The notes: generated by a model not told the origin, from the sequence alone. Shown: positions 30,159-47,606, numbered from the stretch's first letter. The stretch: 64,000 bases of DNA from the human T2T-CHM13v2.0 reference genome, Homo sapiens (GCF_009914755.1 NC_060947.1); one strand, 5' to 3'. Translations and numbers: made by a program.

Positions 30159-32376
30159 GACAATTCATAGACTAGGAAATACTAAAAGATTGTAAACATA
30201 TAAAAGGGAAGTATTGAGCCTCACTCACTATGAAAGACAGGTAAAATAACTACCAAATACTACATTTTTCCTATCAAATTAGCAAGATCAAAAAGTTTAA
30301 TACTTTGAAATTTACCAACTTAATCATTCATAGTTTTACTAATATAGTTTGAATGAATGCCCTGAATTCTCTCATACAACATGGAATTTATCCAGATTTG
30401 AGGTGTATCTTCAGTTCTGTCAATGTTGTATTGTGTAGAGTGAGGGAAAGAGTCTCATAAATTGTTGGTATTAATGCAAATTGCTAGAGCTTATATGGGA
30501 GAAATTTGGCAATATTGATAAATATTTAAAAAGCCACCTACCATATGAGCCATCAATTCCACTGCTTGGCACTGTTCCCACTGATATAGTCACATCCATA
30601 TACAGAGAGATTATATATGGTTATTCAATAAACATTGTAATACCAAAGACTCAAAATAACCTAAGTGTCAATCAATAGGGGAATGGTTCAAAAAGCAGAC
30701 TAAGATATTACAAGTAGCTCATATCGATAGCTCTATATGCACAAAAAAGTGGAATAACCTCCAAGTAATACTTTTCAGATATATATATGTAATATATATT
30801 AGAGAGCAAAAGCCCAAGTGAGACAGACATATGTCTTGCATACTAAAAAATAACGGGGAAAAATATGAGATTGTTTAAGTGGAAGCTCGCATGCCCCTAC
30901 ATAATCAAATGTAATGCCATCATGTAATTATGACTTATAAAATTTTACTAAAGTATCTTAGATAATACCAATTATTTTTCAAGCAAGATATAATATGAAT
31001 TACTGGCTCTGGGTGAAATAGCTGACATACTCCTAGTTTTTGAGGGTTAATCAGACTAAATAGTTTGAAATGTACTAATTTAATTAATCATCCATACTTT
31101 TACTAATAGTTTGAAGGAAATCCCTGAACTCTCATACAATATGGAACTTATCCACATTTAAAGTGTATCTTCAGTTCTCCCAATGAAGGGACCTTTTTAT
31201 TTACAAAAAGAAGTTGTTTCTAACATATTCTTCTTACAAGTGTTACTTTTCCATAAATATAGGATAGAGGAAATGAAATGCACAGCGACATATCTACCTT
31301 TATACACTGTAGAAAACACTATAGAACGTTTAGAACTAGCAAAGGAATAGTTCTATCTCATTTGTTATTTTTATAGTCTAGTGATTTTGTGGAATCACTA
31401 CATCATGGTGTAAATGATGTATAAAATGAAAAATGATCAGTTTCCTTTGCATGGAGAATATAGAGGATGCTTTGTAATTTATTTCCTACCTGTACTGTTG
31501 GCTACAGTAAAAGCTATTTTCTCACTCTCAAGTTGCCTTGATGCAGTATTTAATATCCAGTTCGACTAAAGACCCAAGGGACTCTGATGTTAGGAACTTA
31601 GTGTAAAAAGCATAGAGATGCCAATCTTGCCACCAATCACTGGTTTAATTTTTAAACATGCACCATTCAGGGTGGAAAGGTCAAGACCAGTTGTTTTAAG
31701 TGAAAAGTGTACAATGTCACACCAATTTTAGTATTTAGCAAATTAACAGATAGTAATTTTTAAAAAGCAGAACTATTAGTGTTTTGTTACAAATGTATCA
31801 AAATATCACTTCACCCTTAGTTTTAGATTTGGATTCCTTGTGGGCTTGTAGACATGCGTATTCACACTCAAGCAGAGATAACACTTTTGGATGGCAATGA
31901 CACAATCTCTTAGATTACACACTTTTTCCAAAATAATGTATCTCCCACTGCCCAACTAAACTCCTAGACCATTATAGATCCTTGTAAAATAGAATACATG
32001 CTCAACAAAATGCTAAACCTGTGCAAGGAACTACAATGAATATCGAACAAACCATGCTTCTTTTACAAAATAGTTTTCTCACAAAATGTCAATGTAAACC
32101 TAGCAAGAAGCTATTGTGTAATATGTTTCTATGTATACTCACATGGAGTATTTTCAATTAATATGACTTACTCTTAATTTACTACCTCTTGTACCAAGTT
32201 GGCATACAATATATTTTTCCAAGATAAATTACCAGTGAGTGGAACCAATTGTCACATATGAGTCCCGGAGCTGAGGAAAAGTAGAATTTAACAAGGCCAC
32301 TGTAGAAAAGATTGCTGCATAACTGTTCAAAATCATTTAAGTATAAAAAGACTTTATGCTTATGAAAAAAATTGTC

Positions 32377-33282
32377 GGAGGAGGAGCCAAGATGGCCGAA
32401 TAGGAACAGCTCCGGTCTACAGCTCCCAGCGTGAGCGACGCAGAAGACGGGTGATTTCTGCATTTCCATCTGAGGTACCGGGTTCATCTCACTAGAGAGT
32501 GCCAGACAGTGGGCGCAGGCCAGTGTGTGTGCGCACCGTGCGCAAGCCGAAGCAGGGCGAGGCATTGCCTCACCTGGGAAGCGCAAGGGGTCAGGGAGTT
32601 CCCTTTCCGAGTCAAAGAAAGGGGTGACGGACGCACCTGGAAAATCGGGTCACTCCCACCCGAATATTGCGCTTTTCAGACCGGCTTAAGAAACGGCGCA
32701 CCACGAGACTATATCCCACACCTGGCTCAGAGGGTCCTACGCCCACGGAATCTCGCTGATTGCTAGCACAGCAGTCTGAGATCAAACTGCAAGGCGGCAA
32801 CGAGGCTGGGGGAGGGGCGCCCGCCATTGCCCAGGCTTGCTTAGGTAAACAAAGCAGCTGGGAAGCTCGAACTGGGTGGAGCCCACCACAGCTCAAGGAG
32901 GCCTGCCTGCCTCTGTAGGCTCCACCTCTGGGGGCAGGGCACAGACAAACAAAAAGACAGCAGTAACCTCTGCAGACTTAAGTGTCCCTGTCTGACAGCT
33001 TTGAAGAGAGCAGTGGTTCTCCCAGCACGCAGCTGGAGATCTGAGAACGGACAGACTGCCTCCTCAAGTGGGTCCCTGACCCCTGACCCCCGAGCAGCCT
33101 AACTGGGAAGCACCCCCCAGCAGGGGCACACTGACACCTCACACGGCAGTGTATTCCAACAGACCTGCAGCTGAGGGTCCTGTCTGTTAGAAGGAAAACT
33201 AACAACCAGAAAGGACATCTACACCGAAAACCCATCTGTACATCACCATCATCAAAGACCAAAAGTAGATAAAACCACAAAG
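32377..33282 (+). promoter_or_regulatory. L1 5'UTR: internal sense promoter, antisense promoter, CpG island
   Basis: YY1 site AAGATGGCC at 32389-32397; CpG-rich about 900 bp matching the L1HS 5'UTR. Confidence 0.93.
32612..32827 (-). CDS. ORF0: L1 ORF0 (71 aa)
   Basis: MAGAPPPASLPPCSLISDCC...RHPFL* inside ORF-track entry 32612..32896; ATG at 32827; internal donors CAG|GTGTGG and CAG|GTGCGT present. Confidence 0.9.
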   Translation of the reverse strand: MAGAPPPASLPPCSLISDCCASNQRDSVGVGPSEPGVGYSLVVRRFLSRSEKRNIRVGVTRFSRCVRHPFL

Positions 33283-34299
33283 ATGGGGAAAAAACAGAAC
33301 AGAAAAACTGGAAACTCTAAAACGCAGAGCGCCTCTCCTCCTCCAAAGGAACGCAGTTCCTCACCAGCAACAGAACAAAGCTGGATGGAGAATGATTTTG
33401 ACGAGCTGAGAGAAGAAGGCTTCAGACGATCAAATTACTCTGAGCTACGGGAGGACATTCAAACCAAAGGCAAAGAAGTTGAAAACTTTGAAAAAAATTT
33501 AGAAGAATGTATAACTAGAATAACCAATACAGAGAAGTGCTTAAAGGAGCTGATGGAGCTGAAAACCAAGGCTCGAGAACTACGTGAAGAATGCAGAAGC
33601 CTCAGGAGCCGATGCGATCAACTGGAAGAAAGGGTATCAGCAATGGAAGATGAAATGAATGAAATGAAGCGAGAAGGGAAGTTTAGAGAAAAAAGAATAA
33701 AAAGAAATGAGCAAAGCCTCCAAGAAATATGGGACTATGTGAAAAGACCAAATCTACGTCTGATTGGTGTACCTGAAAGTGATGTGGAGAATGGAACCAA
33801 GTTGGAAAACACTCTGCAGGATATTATCCAGGAGAACTTCCCCAATCTAGCAAGGCAGGCCAACGTTCAGATTCAGGAAATACAGAGAACGCCACAAAGA
33901 TACTCCTCGAGAAGAGCAACTCCAAGACACATAATTGTCAGATTCACCAAAGTTGAAATGAAGGAAAAAATGTTAAGGGCAGCCAGAGAGAAAGGTCGGG
34001 TTACCCTCAAAGGAAAGCCCATCAGACTAACAGCGGATCTCTCGGCAGAAACCCTATAAGCCAGAAGAGAGTGGGGGCCAATATTCAACATTCTTAAAGA
34101 AAAGAATTTTCAACCCAGAATTTCATATCCAGCCAAACTAAGCTTCATAAGTGAAGGAGAAATAAAATACTTTATAGACAAGCAAATGCTGAGAGATTTT
34201 GTCACCACCAGGCCTGCCCTAAAAGAGCTCCTGAAGGAAGCGCTAAACATGGAAAGGAACAACCGGTACCAGCCGCTGCAAAATCATGCCAAAATGTAA
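33283..34299 (+). pseudogene. ORF1: L1 ORF1 with premature stop Q259* (TAA 34057-34059); 258-aa product predicted
   Basis: Matches L1HS ORF1p up to ...LSAETL, then TAA in place of CAA. The downstream frame continues ARREWG...NHAKM* to 34299. Confidence 0.96.
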
Positions 34300-34338
34300 A
34301 GACCATCGAGACTAGGAAGAAACTGCATCAACTAATGA

Positions 34339-38190
<3,852 letters not shown>

Positions 38191-39847
38191 ACAATGAGAT
38201 CACATGGACACAGGAAGGGGAATATCACACTCTGGGGACTGTGGTGGGGTTGGGGGAGGGGGAAGGGATAGTATTGGGAGATATACCTAATGCTAGATGA
38301 CACATTAGTGGGTGCAGCGCACCAGCATGGCACATGTATACATATGTAACTAACCTGCACAATGTGCACATGTACCCTAAAACTTAAGAGTATAATAAAA
38401 AAAATAAAATAAAATAAAATAAAAATAAATGAAAAAAAAAAAAAAAAGAAAAAAATCGTCAGCAGTAGATTGCTTGATTGCTTTAACAGAAGCCAAAGGA
38501 TTTGGTAATCCCATCTTGTGGTGACAGAATTGTTCAGGAGCTCAGGCAGAGGTAGTGAGGGTGACCAGAGATGAAAGGGAAAAGCGATGGGGCAAAGAGT
38601 AGCTGAGGGGAAGAGACAGGATGGATTTTGTAAGCTGAATGCAGACCAGCAGCTGCAATTTTCTATCATTTGATCAGGCCCATTTGCTGAGCAGAGAAAT
38701 ACAGGGTGGGTGGTTATACCACTGCCACATTATCCTTTTCGAATTGAGTCTAAATTGATTCAGGTTTTGAGAAGGCCCAGGAAGCACTGATGACTGCTGT
38801 CGCAGGAAAAAAAACAGCCTTCAAATAAGCAAAGGGCATCGTGAAGTTAAGAGACATCAGTGGTTCCTCAGACGCAAAACTCTGAAGCTCAAGGAAGGAC
38901 ATGTGCAGGCAGAGGTACAGGCCAAAGGAATATTGGAAAACTTAGTAGAAAAGGTTTAACGGGAATATGTGCTATAACTTAGGGCATTTTTACAGAGTCC
39001 AGAGGTAGAAAAACATACAGTAAATATATATATATTTGAGTAATTTATTGTTGATTTAAAGCCTAATAGCATAATTTTAAAATTTATTCCTTTTGTGTAT
39101 TGCTAACGTAGAGAAGTTAACTTTTCAGTTTGCTCAAAAATCCCCACCACGAACAATTATTTGACCTGAAACCAACAAACATTGACTCTTCGCTTTCCTA
39201 TTTCATAGTCCTCTGTGTAAAGCTATACTAATTAAGATAGTAGGCTAATAGAAATTTAAAATTCAAGGGAAAATATTGAAAACCTGGAATGGGCCTGAAT
39301 ATATGCATAATCTTAACATGTTGTGAAGTAATTATCTAAAAGAAGAAGAGATGAATTATTCAATAAATGATATTGTGGAAATTAGCTATTTTGGAACAAA
39401 TGAAACATTTTTATCCTTACCTTATAAGCCAAAATAAAAATCTAGATGGGTTAAAGAATTAAGATTGAAAAAAACCTAGAACTATAAACAGTAAATATTT
39501 AGCTGTCTTGAAATGGGAAAGGGCTTCCTGAGCATACGACCAATGAAAGCCAACACAAGAAAAATTACATCAATTCAATTACATAGAAACTTTGAAATTT
39601 GGCATTAAAAACTGGGAAAACTATCAGCAGAGAAGAATGTTTTCTAGAACTATACATAAAAGTATTAACATCCTAAAGACCGATAACTCATGTAAATTGA
39701 GATTCATTAACATTCTCCAAAATACAACATGTGAGGAAACATTCAGCTTTGTTAGTAATTGGAACTGCAATTTAAATCAAGTAGAAATGCCATTCTCCCA
39801 CTTATGAAGTTGGCAATAATTTTTAAATGAAATAAAGTATTTATGGC

Positions 39848-40124
39848 TGTGCTGTCAAATAGGGCAATGACTAGCCACTTGAAGTGTAGCTAGTTCAAAC
39901 TCAGATGTGTTGTAAAATATAAAATACACACCGGAATTCCAAAGCTCAGTAAAGTAAAATATCTCAGTAATTTTATATAGATTAAATGTTGAAAGAATAA
40001 TATTTTACATATATTGGGTTAAAACCAATACTACATAAAATTCATCTATGTTTTACTTTTTTATTTATGGTGTCACTTTAAGTTAGAGATGTTGCTTACA
40101 TTGTATTTCAAGTAGACAGTGCTG
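39848..40124. mobile_element. MER33/MER3-like hAT-Charlie fossil within old L1ME fragments (~39270-40650)
   Basis: Ends ctgtgctgtc.aata ... tagacagtgctg; internal 'tgtaaaatataaaatacacaccgga'. Confidence 0.7.
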
Positions 40125-40500
40125 CTATATGGTAATTAGGGGGCAAAGAAATAGTTACACTCATATACTACTATTGGGTATACAAATCACAACAGCACCA
40201 TTTCTGGGTGACATTTCAGTGTATTTATCCAAAGCACTTAATTAAGAGTCACTGTACCTTTTGACTCAATTACAACTCTAGGACTATCTTAAGAAAGTAA
40301 CCAGAGACAGAACAATTAGACAAATAATTTGTATACAACATATGTGTTAATAATAATGAAAGGTTAGAAACAAGATAAGTGTTCAGTAATGGAAATAATT
40401 ATAGTGTGCCCATTGATGACACGATGAAATACATATGATACAAAGTTATGTGAAAAAGAGGATACTGTGTATGATTATCATCCCAAATGTGTGAAGAATT

Positions 40501-40503
<3 letters not shown>

Positions 40504-40540
<37 letters not shown>
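40504..40540. repeat. (CA)n microsatellite
   Basis: Perfect AC run. Confidence 0.97.
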
Positions 40541-40542
<2 letters not shown>

Positions 40543-41069
40543 TAAAAGAATGCATGAAAATGTACCATCATGAGAGTTTTTTCTGGGTTATAAAATTATC
40601 AATTATCCATGTCATTTGTGTATATTTGTATTTGCAAAGTTTTGATAAGCATATGTTCATTTTAATTTAAAATTTAATTTTCTTTTTGAAAAAAATATTG
40701 CCTCCTAATTTGTTCAAACTGATACAAATCACAGCTAGGCCAGGTAATAAGGAAATCATTAGCAATGAAACTCTCGAGCAGGAGCCATATGTTTGTTTAG
40801 GGAATATCTTAGTTGTATTTACAAGACAGCTCAAAGAATAGTTTAGAAAAGAATACAATATAGGGTCAAGTTTCAATATGAAAGGAAAACTAGCTTAACC
40901 TTTTTTCTAGGCTGAGGCTTTCTTGCTGGCTACCTGTTGGGTCACAACTTAATGAACGAAAGAGACTAGACCTGGAGCAGATGACTGATGGGTGTAGTAG
41001 ATATACAACCTTGAATAGTTTTCTGCCTCACTGCTCAACATGAAGTGTTTTAAATGCCAACATATTATT

Positions 41070-42748
41070 TAAAATTTTTTCTTTATATACATTTGGGGGA
41101 TACAAATGCAATTTTGTTACATGGAAATATATCCATGCAATATAGTGGTGAAGTCTGGGCTTTGAGTGTAACCATCAGCCAAATACTGAACATTTTATCC
41201 TTTAAAAGTAATTTCTCATCCCTCGATCCCCTTCCACCCTCCCACCCTTCCAAGTCTCCATCTTCTATTATCCTACCATATATCCATGTGTATACATTAT
41301 TTAGCTCACATGTATAAATAAGAACACCTGGTATTTGACTTTGAGTTATTTCACTTAAGATAATGGCCTCCAGTTCCATCCATGTTGCTGCAAAAAACAT
41401 GACTTCATTCTGTTATATAACTATTATTCTATGGTGTATATGTATCACAGATTCTTTATCTAGTCCTCTGTTGCTGAAAAAGAATTTCATTCTGTTTTAT
41501 GGCTGAGTATTATTTCACTGTGTGTATGTACCACGTTGGCTTTATCCAGTCATCTTTCCACGGACACTTAAATTGATTCTATGTCTTTGCTATCGTGAAT
41601 AGTACTGCGATAAACATACAAGTGCAGGCATCTTTTTGATATAGTGAATTCTTTTCCTCTGGGTAGATACCCAATAGTGGGATTGCTGGATCAAATGGCA
41701 GTGCCATTTTTAGTTATTTGAGAAATCTCCATACTGTTTTCCATAAAGGCTGTACTAATTTACATTTCCACCAGCAGTATACAAGCATTCTCTTTTCTCT
41801 GAATTATTGCCAACATGTTTTACATGTTGTCTTTTTAATAATAAACACTGACTGGTGTAAGGTAATTATCTCATTGCTGTTTTAATTTGCACTTCCTTGA
41901 CAATTAGTGCTTTTGAACATTTTCTTCATGTGCTTGTTGGCCATTTACATGTCTTTTGAAAAATGTCTGTTCATGTCCTTTGCCCACTTTTTAATGGAGT
42001 TGTTTGTCGTTGAGTTTGGGTTTCTTGTACATTCTGGGTATCAGTCCCCTGTCAGATTGAAAAATATTTTCTCCCGTTCTGCTGGTTGTCTGTTCAGTCT
42101 GTTATTTCTTTTGACATGCAGAAGCTTTTTAGTTTAAGTTAATCCCAACGTGTCTATTTTTGTTTTCATTGTGCTTGTTTTTGAAGTCTCAGTCATAAAT
42201 TCTTTGCCTAGACCAATTCCAGAGGAGTTTTTCCCTAGGTTTTCTCCTAGGATTTTTTTTTTTTTATAGTTTCAGGTCTTACATTTATGTCTCTGATCCA
42301 TCATCAGTTGATTTTTGTATACGTGAGATTTAAGGATTGATTCATTTTTCTGTGTTATAGCTATCCAGTTTTCTCAGCACCATTTATTGAAGAGGGTATT
42401 CTTTTCCCAATGTGTGTTTTTGTTGATTTTGTCAAAGATTAGTTGGCTGTAGATACGTAGCTTTGTTTCTGGATTCTGGATTCTATTCCATTGATCTATG
42501 TCTGTTTTTAATACCATGTTTAGAGCCAGTATTTTTAGAACCAGTACCATGATATTTTCATTACTGCAGCCCTGTAGTATAATTTGTGGTCAGGTGTTGT
42601 GATGTTTCCAGCTTTCTTCTTTTTGCTTAGGATTGTTTTGGCTATTCACGCTCTTTTTTGGTACTGTATGAATTTTAGAATTATTTTTTCTAACTCTGGA
42701 AAATGACATTGGTATTTTTGATTGCATTGAATCTACAGGTTGCTTTGT
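41070..42748 (-). mobile_element. 5'-truncated L1MA (L1MA2/3-like); the only sizeable minus-strand L1 here
   Basis: Minus ORF MFFAATWMELEAIILSEITQ and reverse 3'UTR 'tagtggtgaagtctgggc'. Confidence 0.88.
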
Positions 42749-45541
42749 AAATGCCTACAAATTATTTAGCTATATAAATACCCAGCCTCATTTTCTACTC
42801 ATCAATAAGTAGTTATCTTGTTTTTCATACTTTCTTCTGCTGAAGATATCAGGGACATCTCTTGGTATGTAAGTGATGCGAAAAGATTGGTTTACCAGAA
42901 GTGAGGGCAAGTGTCTAGCTTTTCCATAAATCGCCCAGTTCTGTTCAACCTTAGCCAAAAAGACTCATATCCAAAAGACATGGGTTAATTTTATGTAAGC
43001 AGGCATCAGAAAGAGACTCAGCATTTGTTACGCAAGCATTTGAGTGAATGAAGATTCACTCATCTTCATGATTAATTCATCCAAGAGACCAAAAAGGTAT
43101 CGTAGAACTCATTAGCTGAATTTTTGCAGGGCAGCAAAAGTGAGAAACTACTTGGTTTTCCATGTAACATTTGAATCTTTTGGAGAAGAGATATTTTGGG
43201 TTGCATAAAATAATTGTTTAATTTATAACTGTTATAAGTCTTTATTGCAAATCTCACAAGCTACTATTTGAAACAATATCTCTATTGTTTGCAGTCAAAA
43301 GCATTCCATAGTTTGCAGTCAAAAGCATTCCAATTTTAACTGTCAAAACTGAGCATCATATGCAAACTCCATAAACTTAGGGTGGACTCACTCATGAACA
43401 CTAAAACTCTTGAATCTTTTTTTACCTGGAATCTTCTGCCCTGACACCCATAAGCTCATTATTTGTGAAAAAAATGTTGGAGAAGCCATGTCCAGGTAAT
43501 ATCTTACCTCGTGCAGAAAAAAAGTGAGTTGTACCTACAAGGAAGTATTAGAGTAGACATCACTCCCTGAGCTTAAGTTTACTCATCTCTTCATCTCTGA
43601 CAATCTGTGATTTGTACCCCCATTAGAATGAATTCTTGGAAAATTTAAGTCATTCTATTTCATATTTTTTGTGTCAATAAATCATATAGGAAATACATAT
43701 AACATTTATAAATACATATGGCTTTTAAAGACAACATCTTACCTGAAATCATTTATAACTGCCGTTCTTATTACCACTCTAATGAATCCTATAAAACTCA
43801 TTACATAATTAACCTTTATATATATGATTGTGTATCTTTGTATTCACTTGACTCCTTAAACCATTTTTAATAACCTTACTAAGAAACTATTTTTATATAA
43901 TGTTCTATGTTGTATATAATATTGTATATACATAATATATACAGTGTATATGTGTGTGATATATATGTCTCAAGAAAAAGTTTTAGTAAGGTGGAATATA
44001 TATATCTATATTCCAATACTTAGCAGTTAATGCACCCATCATACAATTCAGGTGGGACTCAACCCAACACAGAGACATCCCGTCAGATTTGACAAGATTC
44101 CCTTTATGGGGATATATCAGTGTTCTGTCTACTGAAAAGTTAAACTTGTGAATTTATATAAGGAACTCATTAACCCTTCAATATCAACCGTAGGTGTGTT
44201 TCTAAAAGATAAAAATTTGATATTCAAATCTTATGTCTTATTTCTATTAAAACACTAACTTTTACTTTTCAACAAAGTTGGCTCAAACAGGAGTTTTACA
44301 ACCCATAAAATAAAAATGACCAAATAAAAGTGGACTCTAAGCAAATATCCCTGTTTTATATACATCCATTTATCATTGGCTCATTTCTCTTCATAATAGA
44401 TGAATTTTACTGGAATTTTACTATCATTTTTACTATTATTCTTTTAAATAGTTCTAAAGTGCACTTTTCCAATGTGCTGTTTACATAATGTATGTTCTGC
44501 TAATATTGGCTCAGTAAACAATGGAGGAAATGCTTTGTTTAGCAAAAGAAATTTAAAATATCATGTGAACTATCACTATCACATGATTTAAATTGTGTTA
44601 TTTTATTTTTTAAAACATTAATGTCTTTTTATTTTTTGTTAGGAGATTTAAAAGAGACTGTATGGTATAGTGACATAAATGCCAGATCTATAATTCAACA
44701 AACTGGGGTTCCCAACCCAGCTCTATCATGTACAAGATGCCCTGATCTAACTCAGTGTAGGTTCTACCTGTCTTTCAAGCAAGAATTGTAAAACATACTT
44801 GGGTAGCTGTTACAAGGATCAAAGGATTGGTAACTTCAAGCAGATATTCAGAACTTTTGTTTTCACAAAATGCAGACTAAACAATTTAGCCATTTCTACC
44901 ACTGAAGACAACTAAAACATTGTAAAAAAAAAAAATTAAAATGTCCATTAAATTAAAGAGCTTATAGTAAGAAATTTCCAGCAGCCAGAAAATCATAGAT
45001 AAAAAGAACCTGGATAAAAACTCAAAGCTATTTTGACTCTAAGGGTATATGCTGATCCAAAAGGAGAAGCTGAGGAACTAGGCTGCACTTTCAGTAACTT
45101 TGCAGACCTAAAGGAACAAAAGTCAAAACACAGGGCCTACCTGATCAGAAACACTGAGAAACCTTCTCTTTTTAAGGCTAAAACAAAAGGACCTCACTTC
45201 CCAGGTTAGGATGAAACAAAAAACCATCCCTCACACTGAATTGCAGACCAGTTTTGCAACATCTGGGATGTTCAGGGAAATTTAATCTCAATTAATTTTG
45301 AAACCAGTTAAGAAAAAAATGGAATGAAAAAAAAAAATCAGTCCAGCTGAAACCGAGAAAGAGGGACAAAGAAAACACAGAAGTCAAATAAAAAGCTCAA
45401 AATAAGATGAATTTAACCCAAATATATCAGTAATAATAATCAATGCAAATAAAAGAACTACTCCAGTTAAAAGATAGAATTGTGAGATTGTATTGGGGAA
45501 AAACACACACATGCACGTGCGCACGCACATACACACACACG

Positions 45542-45867
<326 letters not shown>

Positions 45868-47451
45868 TTACAAGAAAGAAATCTAAAACACAATTTCAAC
45901 TACAAGTTGAAAGATGGAGACATACGTCATGCAAACACTAACAGATGCCTGGTGTACTTATATTAATAGCAAATTTTACTTTCAGGCAAAATTATTACCA
46001 AAGATCAAGAGAATCACTGCCTAATGATAAGAGATTTAAATAACTAGTAGGCTTAAACAATCCTAAAGTTGTATGCAACAAATAATGTAAGCTAAAAATA
46101 CGTAAATGAAAATTTAACAGAGCTACAGGTAAAACTAGACAGACATACAGTTCTGCTGGAAGATCTTAACATAACTCAGTAACTAATAGAGTGATCAACA
46201 GATAAGAATATAGAACATATTAACATCATAAACAAAATTGACCTAGTGGAAATATTTAGATCACCATATGGGAAAACATACATTAACCTCAGGAAAATGT
46301 AGATCATTTACCAAAAATATTAAGTTGGACATAAAGCATATCTCAAATTTTAGAGCACTGAAGTATATGTTCTCTGACCACAGAGTAACTAAAAGAAAAT
46401 GTTTTTAAATGAACTAGAAAACCCCCGTATGTTTAAAAATTAATATTTGTAAATAATCTATAGCCTAAAGAAAAATTTGTAGTGTTTTGAACTAAATCAT
46501 AATAACTAATACCTATCAAGTTGCATGATATGCACTTAAATCAGTACTTAGAGAAAAATGTATAGCCTGAAGAACATATGTTAGAAGAGGACAATATAAA
46601 AATAAGTGAGCTTAAAATTTAGAAAGAACAAAATAAATCCTCCAAAATAATAGAGATTAGGAAATACTAATAAGATAGAAAAACAAAAATATAGAGGTTC
46701 AAAAATTTAAAGTTGGTTCTTAAAATAATGAACAAAATGTTTAATCGTATATGAAGAGTGATTAGAAGATAAACGACATTAAATATAAGAAATCAAAAGG
46801 AGACATGACTACAAATATAATAAAAATAAGCCTAAAAATGTAGACAAAGTGGGCAAATTCCTCAAAATAATTAACTTACCAAAACGTTGTCAAGAATAGA
46901 ATATATGAACATTCCTATAATTATGACATACATGTATGTACACACACACTAAAAATTCAATAGAAAGAGAACTTTTTAACTATCAAGTTTTATTAATCAT
47001 TTGAGGAAGAAAAATTCTAATCTTACACAACTTATTCCATAAAATTTAGAAAGAGGTTACACTCAACTCATTTAATGAGGCTAATATACCCCTGATACCT
47101 AAACCCAAAACAATGATTTGAAAAAGGAAAATTATAAGCCAGTCTTACTAATGGACAGAGATATAAAGTGCTAACAAAATAGTAGTAATCCAAATAAAAA
47201 ATAAAAGGATAATACATTGTGCTCATGTCAGGTTTAATCTCAGGAATTCAAAGTTGTTTAACATTAAATAATCAAAAAATATAATTTACTACATTAACAG
47301 GTCAGAAAAGGAAAAAACTATCATGTCAATACATGCAGAAAAAGCACTTGATAAATTTCAACATTAAGTCAATAAAAAGTAACTCTTAGCAAATCATGCA
47401 TAGAAGGTAACTTCACTACCCTGATGATAGTTGTCTTCAAAACATCTATTA

Positions 47452-47580
47452 GGCTGGGCACAGTGGCTTGTACCTGTATTCCCAGCACTTCGGGAGGCTG
47501 AGGCGAGAAATCACTTGAGTCCAGGAATTCGAACCTAGTCTGGACAACAAGCAAGACCCAGTCTCTATAAAAAAGCAAAC
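47452..47580 (+). mobile_element. Alu monomer (FLAM-like)
   Basis: Single arm ggctgggcacagtggc...cccagtctcta followed by an A-rich tail. Confidence 0.8.
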
Positions 47581-47606
47581 AAACATTAACAGACATCATA
47601 CTTAAT

